Of a DNA stretch of 64,000 nucleotides, positions 1-11,900 are shown piece by piece. A program made the translations under genes and the position numbers. Location of the stretch: contig QPGO01000108.1 in the NCBI GenBank assembly GCA_008632985.1, positions 114,476 to 178,475 of the forward strand, written 5' to 3'. The DNA is from Psammoneis japonica (Eukaryota). Position 1 is the stretch's first letter. Each line of letters begins with the position of its first letter. Under the pieces are notes generated by a model. It saw only the letters and a program-made list of their open reading frames with translations. It made no database searches and had not been told where the DNA came from.

Positions 1-2450
1 TCAGTTGGAGGAACCTGCAATGATTGTGTGGCACAACAATTTTGTCCTTGTGACATGTTGACTGTGGCATGACCCTCCCAATGGAGCACATGGATGGAGC
101 AGTCAGACAAGTCCTCAGCTTGCAAGACCTGGTGCTTGTCCTGTTGTTGCTCTTTTTGGATGTGCCCAAAGCTGACAGACAGTGATGCCATCTGTGTCAT
201 GCCCACATTGAAAGCTTCACGCAACAGATGACAATCTGGCATCTCAACAACTTCTGGATGACACTCAAAGGCAAGCTGGGCACCAGTCAAAGTTGGCTCA
301 ATGCATCAGTGACTGGGTCATGTTGTCCCTTGATGTGCCACAATTCAGGACTGCATTCTTTGCACATCAACCTCCAGTGCAAGATTTTTATGATCATCAC
401 ATGCAACCACATGTTGACCAAGGAGAATTGTGCAAAATCCTTTCAATGTCTTTACAATGGCAAGCAGTTCTTTCTCCATTGTTGCATGGGTAACCGCACA
501 CTGTTGAGCTTTCTGCTGTGGAGAGTGGAACTGACTGGTTTGTCATTTTTGATGTGGCTGCTCCAAGTTGACATTTAGAGGCATTGGCACAAATCTCAAA
601 AGTTTTGTTGAAGTCTGGTGGATGTGCCAATGAGACATCCTTGGACAATGCTTGTTTGGCAGTTTCAAATGCTTTGTCTTCAACAGATGTCCAACTCCAG
701 CTCCAACTCCAGTTGACAGTCTTGCTTGCAAGTCTTGCAGTGGGCACCTAAATTTCAGAATGTCTGAGCCAAGTGTTGTGGTGGCAGTTCACCACACCTG
801 TGAATGAGCAGAGTTCACACTTGTTTGCAGGCTTTGCAATGTGTTTGAATCCCAGTCAACCAAATGGCCCACATCTTCCAACTGGGTCTGACAGAAGTGA
901 GACTTTGTTGTGTCAACTTTCAGCTCTGCTTTCTTGACTTGTGATGAGACTTCTTCAGTTTTGTTGGGGCATCTTCATGGGTGCCTTTGTCATCATGAGA
1001 AGGTCATCTAAGTGCACTTGCATGAATGACAGATCCTCTGATGAGGTTGACATTTTCTCCTGAAATGTGTCTGGTGAGCTGCACAGTCCCACGGCCAATG
1101 CCTGCATCTCACACTTTCCTCATGGGAAAACAAACATGCAGAGAGCTTCTCACTGTCACAAGCCAAAATGGATGTGACAACAACCCACATTTCCACATGA
1201 AGCCATCAAGCTTTGGCAGCATGTCTTGGATGTGAGGGATGGGAAAAGGCACTTGCTTTGTCCTTCTTTTGCATGAGTGTGATGGCATGGCAGATTTTCA
1301 TTCACACCTTTATCCAATGAATTGAAGCTGCAAGGCCACCCAGTGTCATGCTGGCCTTCTCCTCAGATGTCCACCATGGACTCATCTGTGGAGTCACTGA
1401 TGATGTGTGGATCATGGAAGTGATTGAGCTCCTCCTTGCACACTTCTTCTTTGCATTGGAGATGGGGGGTTTTCTGATTTTTCTTGACAATGGAGTTTGA
1501 CCTTTCCTTGTCTTGAGGTTTCCAACTGAACTTGTCAGTGCCACCACTTTTGTGTGATGTCTCAAATGTGCCTCACATGGTGCTTGAGCACTTGGCAATT
1601 TTGCACTTGGCAATTGTCAGTCATGCGGCCACAGTCAACCCCATGGAGCACACATGGCTTCTGGGCTTTCTTCTGATTCATGACCAGAATTGTCTGTTCT
1701 GCGGCCCTGCTTGTGTGGAACCTCAGCACATTGGTCTTGGATGCCTTCCACATCCTCAACCTGCATGATTTGAGTTTGGCCATGGCATGTGTCAGTGGGT
1801 CAGCAAAGTGCAGCGGCACTGCATGCTTCTGCCATGTTTGGCACATGGGCAAGTTGTGCAGCTCATCATTGGGCAATGACTCTGGCATCACGTCTCCACT
1901 GTCCATCACAGGCAGAAACTGAGGGATGCAGCCATCAATCTCAATTGCTCTCACAACACACTTGTGGGTCTTGACATCAGCCAACTTGCCATGAAACACT
2001 GCAAACAACATTTCTGCAACAGGAGTGCCACCCTGCCTGGGAAGATGCTTTGCATGACATTTGCCATGCACTCCTTGAAGGTGATGAAAGTCTCAATGTT
2101 TTTGACCATCAGCAGCATTCTTGAATGTTGTCAGGGCATTGCCCTCAAGAAGCCTGTGCAAAAATGAAAACTTTGTCACTCCTGCAGCGACATTTTGTCC
2201 CTGGAACACACGCTCAGCATTCTTCTCAAAGATCAACCACCATTCCCCACACATTCCCACAGAAATGTGTGGCAAACTTGGCTCACATGTGGAGCTGTCC
2301 TGATCCATGGGATCACAGCACAGCTTGTGCATCTGGCACTTGCCCTCCGAAGCTCCTTCTTTTCAGAGCACGAGTGGAGTTGGCGGTTGAACCCACTTCT
2401 TCATGGTTGGTTTTGCAGTTGTTGGTCCTGCCAACAGGTCACAGTCTTGG
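1..2450 (-). mobile_element. Degenerate Ty3/Gypsy LTR retrotransposon internal region (gag, RT, RNase H)
   Basis: Minus strand: gag-like WLIFEKNAERVFQGQN..RLLEGNAL (2093-2332); RT 'GKCEMQALAVGLCSSPDTFQEKM' and V-H-L-D-D-L-L (YLDD read as HLDD, 1014-1003); RNase H 'LAHP..DFNKTFEICANASKCQLGA' (consensus LAYPDF..FEIYTDASKYQLGA). Many frameshifts and stops; LTRs not delimited. Confidence 0.85.
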
Positions 2451-3209
2451 TTCTCTTAGATTTGCAACCTTGCACACCATGCAGCAGCAACATTGCTGTG
2501 CTCCATGTGCCCAACAGGTGATGAAAATGCAGGTGTGTCACAAAAGTGCTGCTGTGAAAATTGTGAGCCCAGTGGGGTTGTGCAAGCAGGAAATTTTGTC
2601 AAGCTCCTGTTTGTTCAGATTTTGTGTCACATCAAAATTGTTGCTGCTGTTTTCTTTGTGGATCATGCAAATCAGGCTGTCATGCATCTTCCACAAGTGA
2701 TGTCATTGTGACAGGCTGCACTGCCATTGGGGGGCAGACACAATGTGCCAGTGCCATGCACATGGATCATGATGCTCTGGGCATTCCTCTGAAATCACCT
2801 GAGTCAAAGAAAAGCCATGTCCTCTTTAGATCATGCTTCCCAGGTGTGCCTGAGCAGTGCCACATTGCTGCGCACCAGAGGCCAGTGCACAGCCTCACCC
2901 TGCTGGCCAGCGGGTGCATGCTGCACCACAGACATCAGGTTTGTCAGCATGTCTCAGCAGGGGAGCTCCCGTGCACTGTTTGTGCCCATGAAGCATGGCT
3001 TGGGCCATCTTCCTCACTGTCAGGTGTGCCACACTTCTCTGTGGAAGGTGCTGCTGCTTCCTCATGCTGAAGCCTCGTCATGCTGGTTTTGAGTGTTGCC
3101 CCACTCCTGGGGGCTCAAGTGTTTCTAGAAGCTCCATTGTTAAAGAATTGAAACCAAAAACTGAAGAGTTTCTTGTTTCTTCAACTCACGTGCACTGATT
3201 GGCTCTTGC

Positions 3210-4445
3210 TTGAAGAAAAAATGGATTGAAGCAAAGGAACACCTTCAAATGCACCCACAAGCAATGAATGAGATCACAACTTTGTTTGATGGTGCATCTG
3301 TTCTTCACATTCTTGCCTGTCAATTCAAACATGTCATTAAATTGAAACAAGATGATGTCTGTGATGATCATGAAGATGAAACGGAAGAAGGGGCCATGAT
3401 TTCCCGCAAAACATGTGACTTTGTGCAGTCATCATTTGACACAGCTTTCAATGGCGATGATTTAGATTCTTCTGTGAAACAGGCACTTGCATGATCAATG
3501 TTGTTTTGCCATGACACAAATGGAAATGTGCCACTGCAGAACCATGTTTGCTGCAACATGACTGCAGCAAATCCAGCACTTGTAAAGATTCTTCTTGATT
3601 TGGCTCAAATGATCTCTCCAACAACTCTGTGCAAATTGGTCACTGCCAAAAGTGACTCAGGTGTGACAGTGTTGCATTTTGTGGCCGCGGGGAGGTGCCA
3701 GCACCAGATTTTGGAGCTTCCAATGGCTTGTTGCAGTGATGCCCCATCAGAGGATCCTGCTTTGATTCCAGATGAAGATGGCAAATCTATTCTGCACAGG
3801 GTGAGTGTTGTTGTTCAATCCCCAAGGCATTGGAAGCTGCTGTTGGGACATGGTGCTGAAGGACTTGTGCATCAACATGATGGGTGTTTGTTTCCAATTG
3901 ATGTGATGTTTCAAGAGGCTGATGATTTTGAGAGACCACAAGAGTCCATCTGTGAAATCATTGATCTCATGTTGCATGCTCACTTTGGAAAACTCGAAGC
4001 AGCATCAGAAGACTGGTTTCCACTTCATGCTTTGGCACAAGCACTCTTTTGTCGTCTGCACATGTTGGAGGTTCTCCTTGAAATGTCTGACCAGAGCAAT
4101 CAGCTTTTGACCTTCAATCATCAAGGCATGTTGCCAATTCATGCAGCAGAAGCAGCACAGCCCATGCCAAAGTTGCTGCTGAGAGTCAACCAAACTCCAC
4201 TTGACCAGCTTGAAATCATCCGATCGAGTCAATCTTGTCATTGTTTGGAAAAGATCCCCAGTGAAAAAATTGTCAACCCAATGATGCCAAAGATTCTTCT
4301 CAAAACATCTGGCAGGAGCAACCAGCTCTTGACCTGCAACCATCAAGGCATGTTGCCACTTGTTTTTTTCCACTGAGAGTCAACTGAGCTCCACTTGGAC
4401 AGCTTGAGCTTTGCCCAATCAAGTCAATCTTGTCATTGTTTGGAG
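3210..4445 (+). pseudogene. Hypermutated ankyrin-repeat-like gene remnant with an internal duplication
   Basis: Motifs DTNGNVPL, SDSGVTVLHFVA, DEDGKSILH, FNHQGMLPIHAA; the segment at about 4075-4250 is repeated at about 4295-4445; in-frame stop at 3492; TA/CG depleted. Confidence 0.55.
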
Positions 4446-5639
4446 TGGAGACAGCAGAAAGAGGCAAACACAATTTGATTCTTTTGGTGCAAGAGCTCAT
4501 CCTGCTCAGGCTTTGGCTCATCCAGCAATGGCTGGTCATTGTCTTGCACTTCACCATGCCATTGTGAATTGGGTTGCAGTGTGCATTGTCAAGCAGAAGA
4601 AATTGTGCACATTCACAGGCCGGTTGCTTGTCAATCGTGCAACAATCCTCGTGGATGCATGTGAAGGTCAGATCAATCACACAGAATTGTTTGGAAGTCT
4701 AAAATTGCAGGTGCAATTGACAGATGATGTTGTCACACACAAGATGTCAATCATGTTGACTTCATCCGGACAATCTGTTGTCATGACCAGATTCTCCGAC
4801 AGGCCTTTGCTCTGTGGGAGCAGCAGCACAAATGCATCATCAGGCCATTGAGAGCTTGTTTGGAGAAACCCAAAATGGCAGAGTGAAATCCATTCTCTCA
4901 ATTTCCACTTTTCATGATTTGTTCTGCTTTCATTTGCACTCATTCTTCGAGCACAGTGCAGGGTCACGTGTGGGAAGAGCAGCAAGACAACTGCAGAAGG
5001 CTGTGCTGGGTTCAGCTGCTGCTCTTGATCCCCAAAAAGACAAGATTGTCTCCATTCTTGCTGGCTGTGTCAGCTCCCAACCCCCCCAGGCTTTGACAGG
5101 ATGTCCAATGGCAGGCTGGATGCAACACTCGAGTTGGCCTGCATTTGTCCGGAGTTGCTTCGACCTCCCTGGAGCACCCAAGCATTTTTCTCCCTGGTGA
5201 GCCAGCTGACTCAGTGACTGAGAAGGCTGCAGATGAATGTCATGTGTGTAGAGAAAACATGTAAACCCAAAATGTTGTCACATGCATTTTGGGCACTGCT
5301 GTGGAGAGATTGCAGCAAGCAAATTTCAAATTTGACCTGCACACATTGCAGATCGGCCGAGCACAAGCGCCCAATCATCAGCAGAGTCGTGGAAGTCATT
5401 CGTGTTGTTCTCCGGGCTGTAATGATTTGTGACCCTTTATTTAACAGAATGACCTGAATGATGACTTGGCTGTCGTTGCGGGTCACAACATCGCGATTCT
5501 GAATTTCTGCGGGCGTTGATCGCGAGACCAAGACAGAGAGGAATAGACGCACATTGAACGCAACACGACACTCTGCCCCAACCTCTCGCCATTCTATACT
5601 TTCTATTGACGTTTGTCTTGAGGAAGAAGAACCGCCACG

Positions 5640-8600
5640 ATGGATGATCCATTCGGTCCTCCGATAACTTCTACGAATGAGTTCGACGCCCCGATTATGG
5701 ACGATCCACTAAGTCCACCTCCGACAATGACACCAATGCCTACGGAAGATGACGACTTTGACGTAAGGCAAAAAGTTATCAGACGTCGCAAGATATTCGC
5801 AGCGGTGCTTGTGGTGACAATTTTGGTCGTTGGGTGTATTTTGATACTGCTTCAGACCGAGAGTCGGTTCTCGTCGTCCTCTAGTCCAACAGCTACAGTT
5901 GTGCATCATTCTGCATATGAGAAAGTCTCGCGTACTGAAGTGTCTGCAGTGCAAGCAGATTTAGTTGTCTACAAGCACAAAAAGACTCAAGCCCAACTGA
6001 TCACCCTTGTCCCAGTAGACAAGACGCAAGATTCTGTTTTTGGTGTCTCTTTTCGTACCTTGCCAGACTCGAGTACCGGTGTTGCACACGTCTTGGAGCA
6101 TTCCGTTCTTTCAGGTTCCGAGAAATACCCATCAAAAGACCCGTTTAATGCACTCCGAAGGGGCTCTCTTCAGACATTTTTAAATGCTTTCACCTACGCC
6201 GACAGGACCGTGTTTGCGGTTGCATCTCGCAACTTTGCAGATTACCGTAATCTAATGAGTGTGTACCTGGACGCCGTTTTTAAGCCTCGTGCAATGACAC
6301 CAGAAGGCGCTTGGATCTTGCGTCAGGAAGGTTGGCGTGTCGACGAGAATGACGATGACGAACTTGAATTCAATGGTGTGGTGTTGAGTGGTGAGTTTAC
6401 TTCTCTACAGGAGGTGCACAATATTGATCTGTTGACTCGCTAACTTCACCGTATGATCAACGTAATACCACAGAAATGAAAGGGGCTTACTCTGACCCTG
6501 AAGAGCTTTTGGAGCAATACTCTCAGACTGCTCTCTTTCCAGATACTCCTTATCAACATGATTCGGGTGGAAAGCCATCAGAAATTCCCACTTTGACTCG
6601 CGAGGACTTTGAAGCCTTTTATAGAAAGTTTTATCATCCGACGAATGCGCAGTTATTCGTCTATGGCTCCACCAGGGATGTAAGAGAGTGCATGAACCAA
6701 GCTAATGAATACCTCCAGGAGCATGAAGCTAGACCCGACATTCGAGAAAGCAGCACTGTCCCTTGGCAAGCAAAAAGTTTCGAGGAACCAAGGACAGTGC
6801 AAAAGCCTTACCCTAGCAGTGACAACGGAGATTACAAGGTACAAATCACGTGGTTGGTGAATGACGCAGTAATGGACCCAATGATGGAGACGGCATGGAA
6901 TGTATTAGATTCACTCCTTTTGGGATCGCCCACATCTGCTCTACAGAAACCTCTCATCACGTCTAACCTTGGAGATTACGTCATTGACGACGGGTTCGAT
7001 TCGACATTACAGCAGGCAACTTTTGCGGTGGGACTGGAAGGCTTAGAGAATGAAGAAGACATGGCTACCGTTGAGAGCATCATTATGGATAGTCTTAAAG
7101 AAGTTGCTGATAATGGCTTCTCGCCACAAGACGTATCCAGTGCCATGAACACTATTGAATTTGATGTGAGTACCGTTGCAGGATTGATGATATCGCAGCT
7201 ACCATATCTGACTTTCAACTCTTCTTTTTGTGTCAGATTCGTGAACTAGACAGCGAGAACGGTCCAAGAGGGATTGACCTGTTGCTTGAAGGGCTCTCAA
7301 AGTGGAACTATGATTTGGATCCGAAGTCGGCACTTCAGTACGATGATGCGTTTCAAGAATTGAAAGATATCGTCTCGGAGTCGGGATCAAAGTTTTTTGA
7401 ACAAATGGTAGCATCATTGTTGGAAAACAATCACCGAGTTGTGCTGCAGCTCGCGCCTAGTACGAACTTGGCACATAAAACGGAAGTGGTACGTACTAGC
7501 TGGTCTTTTTTGATGGCATTGAAGATGTATTTTTTCCGCCAGACAGACTATTGTTAACGGCTGCCTGTATGCTTGAAAACATTAGGATGAAGCGGAACAA
7601 CTAGAATCATTGAGCAACTCCAATGAGTTTGAACAATTGATAATCGAGTACAACGATATGAAACTGGTGCAATCTAGAGAAGATCCACCGGCCGTGTTGG
7701 AAGCCATACCGACCTTGTCGCTGGAGGACCTTGATCCATTCGGAGAAGAACTCCCAATCAAGGTCGAGAAAAACTTCCAAGGATCGGGGGTGACGGTATT
7801 GAAACATGAGGTGGCGAGTAGCTTCGGAATCGCCTATATTGACTTTGGACTTGATATATCCGAGCTTGACTTTGATGACATTCATCTGTTACCTCTCTTG
7901 TCTCAACTGATACTCGAGGCTGGAAAGGACGTGCCAAATGGAGATCTTCACCTTGCACGTGAAATTGGAATGTATACAGGTGGCATTGATGTTGACCACT
8001 TGATTGTTCCGGTCCGACCGGCCGGCTTAGACGACGATAACTTCCATGCTCTGGACGGTTCTCATTTGGCAACAAAGATATTCTTTGCAGGATCGTGTAC
8101 GACGGAAAACGCTGAGAAGCTACTTTCCCTTTATCGAGAGATGTTGCTAGAAGGTACGCTTGATGTGAAGCCCAAGGCGGTGTCCATTTTAAAGGAGATG
8201 ATATCCGACATGGAGTACTCTGTCGGCGCAGACGGCAATAGTGTGGCGAACACTCGACTCAAGGCAAGGTATGGCGTTCTTGGTTTGATGGACGAGGAGC
8301 TTTCAGGGGTTTCAACCCTCAAGAGCCTAAAGGCCGACTTGCATACTGCAAAAAGTAGTTGGAGCAGTCTTCTGGAAAGACTCGAACGGATGAAGGCGAC
8401 AATCGTTGCCGGACACCGGGATGGAATGATACTCAATCTCACCGGTGACAAAAACGTTCTAAATTCTATTGAAGATGCTGTGACAGTCTTCCTTGACAAG
8501 AATCTCCCGCCCCCGACGAATAACCCTGGGTTTGGGGATTTCTCCAAGGTGGAGCATCCATGGGTGACGAAGGCTCAACAACGTATGCTGCCTATCATTA

Positions 8601-9223
8601 ACGAGGCCTTTGTCATTCCAACACAGGTTTCGTACGTGGCGCAGGGAGGTGTACTATATCAACCAGGCGAAGAGATCGATGGATCCGCGGCTGTGATTGC
8701 TAAGTACCTCTCAACGGGTTACTTGTATGAACAGCTTCGACTAAAGCGCGGGGCGTACGGTGCACGATCTCGCCTTGATGTTCGAGCGGGTCTGTTCTCG
8801 ATGGTAACTTATCGCGATCCCAATCTGGTTTCAACTCTTGAAGTTTTCGATGGTGCTTCTGCTTCCTTGACAGCGGACGCGGTGCTTGGGCGACGAAGTA
8901 TGAGCAAACTTCCTCCAAAGGCGGCTGAAGCCGTGATTGGGACGATTGGTAGCCTAGATGGCAGCGCACCACAAAACTCCGAAATTGGCTTAACGTCGCT
9001 GCAACAATGGCTTCGTGGGGAAAGTCCCAAGCTGCGGCAAAATTGGCGCAATCAAATCCTTCGCACGAACTGGGCTGACTTTGAGGACTTTGCAAATCGT
9101 TTATCTTCTTGGAAAAACGCCACAATCGCTGTCGTGACCTCTCAAAAGGAGTACAAGGATGCCATGTCGAGTGGTATCAACCTGAAGCGCCACTTACCCC
9201 TTCAGGATAGCACAACTTTGTAG
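5640..9223 (+). CDS. Presequence protease-like M16C metallopeptidase (PreP/Cym1 family), 4 exons
   Basis: Inverted zinc motif HVLEH, plus KYPSKDPF and FLNAFTY.DRT. GT-AG introns 6391-6473, 7166-7236 and 7489-7585 restore GVVLSEMKG and IEFDIRE. C-terminal half has LR..RGAYG and YRDPN. Confidence 0.93.
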
Positions 9224-9755
9224 GAACAGCATGTGGGCGGTCTTCATGTTCAATGCCATTACTCTGTAATATGCTTTCATAATCTATTCTGTTGTATGTA
9301 ACTGTGTCATAAATGATCCTCCGGTGTCTTGGGAACTCATTACGCCTCACGCCTCACCGTTGTCTAGTCGAGCCACAAGCGCCAAGGCTACTTTTCATGC
9401 ACGACATACTTTCCACTGCTACTGGAGAGCATGCACTGAATGCGACCAATTTGCGTCTCTACCAGTGCTAAATAGGGAAATTGGTGTGAGACGTGCTCTA
9501 GCTAGACGCGTATCCAGTATTTCGCTCATACAATTCTCAAGAGATTCCTGCTTGACCTGGAAGACGCTTTCGTTTAATGGCGGAGGGTGCGAGATGGAAG
9601 ACACGCACAGATGAAGTTCTGCAGCATCCCGTCTCTCTACTAGAACCTTTGGGCGCTGACTAATCGTTGCTTTGCTAGCTAAATTGAGTTATTCCCGAAA
9701 ACATCGCAGAATCTACATACCTACCTTCGACGTTGCTGTGATGCCTTCTTTTACA

Positions 9756-10398
9756 TTACTCTTGAGCAATGCTATATTTGAGCAACCAAGTGTTATTCCG
9801 AGTTAGCCCACACCTGTGCTCCAGGAACCGCAGAAAATCATCATCTACCATCTCAAGTAGCTCAGCAAAAGTCTCTCCAAAGAAACAATACTTTCTCACT
9901 CGGTTCGCAAAGTGAAGGAACTCATCACCCATTGTCCTCAAGCAGCTATGCGAGTCTTTTAGAGACTTTTCTTTTGTTGTATAGACAGATGCTGCTGTGG
10001 CTTTGAGCTTCTTGTCGTCCACATCCGAAGAAGGAGACAAATCTCGCTGCTTCTGTTGTTTCGAGGCGGCAGACTGCCGTTTCTTCCCTTGCGCCATTCT
10101 TTTTCCTCCTCGGGGTGTCCACAAAATTCTCTGTTTCAGCCGCCCGCTTTTCTGATGTCAATGTAGATTCTCACTTTCTCTTCTTGTGTTTCTTGGACGA
10201 ATGAAACTCATCATGCTTCACATCACCCGCGTCGTGGGAAGAACGTCGTTCAGAGGTTTCGACCTTTACCACAGTGTTGCCAACCTGAAGCATCACGTAG
10301 CCCTTCCGATAAGCTCGTCCTTGTAGGATTTCTGTTTTGTGTACAACGACGGTAGCCAGCCGACTGAACACAAACATAGTGCCTACTGTGCAATCCAT
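9756..10398 (-). other. Possible hypothetical gene or fragment (two short basic ORFs)
   Basis: ORFs 10171-10398 and 9756-10124 are Lys/Arg-rich and have normal TA content; no recognisable motif. Confidence 0.2.
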
Positions 10399-11168
10399 TC
10401 AGAAAGCGCCTGTACAGCTTCTTTGTTTCTAGTTGGAACACTGTGTCCACCGGGGTGCTTTACAGTGGAGACGTCGAAACCGGCCTTTTGCAACGCGGAT
10501 AGAACCTGTTTGGCACTAGAGGGCGGATTGATATTGTCAGCCTCGCCCATTACAAACGCGACTCGGGTAGGACAAGGTGTGGACAGTGTCAAAAGTTGCT
10601 TTGTGTAGGGGTTCGGCCATGCAACGCCGTTCAGAATGTAACCAAGCTCTGGGTGGTTCGAGATCCGATTCAACGCCAACAAGGCAGAAATCAAAATTGC
10701 TCCTTGGGAGTGAGCAAGAACAACATGTGGTTCTTCCTCTTGGAGAGCCTTCATCACCATGTTCTCACTAGTTTCAAACCCGATATACTTGTCAGCGTTA
10801 AACGAGCGTTCTCCCGGGTTCATTGTCCACCACGCATATCCCGATCCTTTGGAGTATGGTGCTGTAAGTGATGTAATTTTCACCTCAATCCCATGTTGCT
10901 GATGAATGCTAACTTGCAAGGGAGCTAATCTTTCTGTAAACTCTGGACCACTTCCTTCGCTCCCATGCAGCGCCAACAGCTTCAATGTCCTAGTAGTCGA
11001 GCCACTACTAGCGGCAGACGATTGATGGTTTGCCATGTTGCATGCGGTGAGAGAAACGAATGAGGCTCGATGCTGCTGACTTCCAAGAAACTGCCACGAG
11101 AACCCAGCTGCTGTCCTGTTCAACACAAGCGCAAGTACCATCAACAAGCAGAGACCACAAGCGCTCAT
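10383..11168 (-). CDS. Serine hydrolase, FSH1/OVCA2 family, with signal peptide
   Basis: LALHGSEG, YAWW, nucleophile motif AHSQGA, GEADNI (Asp) and HPGGHSVP (His); hydrophobic leader ending in AAG-F. Confidence 0.9.
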   Translation of the reverse strand: MSACGLCLLMVLALVLNRTAAGFSWQFLGSQQHRASFVSLTACNMANHQSSAASSGSTTRTLKLLALHGSEGSGPEFTERLAPLQVSIHQQHGIEVKITSLTAPYSKGSGYAWWTMNPGERSFNADKYIGFETSENMVMKALQEEEPHVVLAHSQGAILISALLALNRISNHPELGYILNGVAWPNPYTKQLLTLSTPCPTRVAFVMGEADNINPPSSAKQVLSALQKAGFDVSTVKHPGGHSVPTRNKEAVQALSEWIAQ

Positions 11169-11364
11169 TGCGTCGGCCAACGACAGTGGTGTCCACACAA
11201 ACAGTGAGTGGCAGACGATGCGCCATTGCGACGTGTGGCGTTCGTCGCGCGCGCGCGCGTCGCGTCGTTGTGGGCTGGGACAGGCGCCCAAACGTGAAAA
11301 AATTTTATGATGCTGTAGATGAAACAAGCACCCCCCTGGCCCTCTGTGCGGTGGCTAGCCCTGG

Positions 11365-11900
11365 TAGACCAGGAAAGATTGGTCCACTGCACTGCCCAAC
11401 CTTTGCAGCGACACCTCTGCTGTTCATCAGGAGCTGACAAATGACGCAAGTGGCTGTCCAGCAGTTCCTCTCGGCCAGCCAACGTCTGTCACCAGCTGCT
11501 GGCAAGGCATGCAAAAAGAGACGAGGGGTGCAGCCAGGAGAGGAGCTTGACAAAGTCTGGCCATGCATGCTGAGGGCCAACTCAGGGAAACCATTTGGAG
11601 GTGCAAACATGGTGTTTGCAGGTGATCTCAGACAACCAGAGCTGGTTGGGCATGGAGTGCATCAAAACAGCGCACAAAGAGAGGCGTGCACCTGAGTCCT
11701 TCCAAGAGGAGCGGGGGGCAAGTTGCCACGTGCACGACATCAAAAGAACATGCTCACACAGATTCAAGGCTGACACAGTGCAGGGTCAAGAACCTCCAGA
11801 ACACTTTGGAGATGCAAAGTGAGTCTTGAGGACACTGATTCAATTGACGAAAGAGTTGTCAAATGTGCTCACAGCAGCTTGCTCCAGATGCTGAAAACAA
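11365..11900 (+). mobile_element. PIF1-like (possibly Helitron-type) helicase remnant, copy 1
   Basis: GKPFGGANMVFAGDLRQ resembles PFGG.x.VF.GDF.QL, followed by HRFK.D; degenerate; duplicated at about 19195-19640. Confidence 0.6.

Noticed and set aside
2700..3130. Gypsy 5' LTR
   Set aside because: The position is plausible, but no second LTR lies in the window and no convincing PBS or TG..CA boundaries were found.
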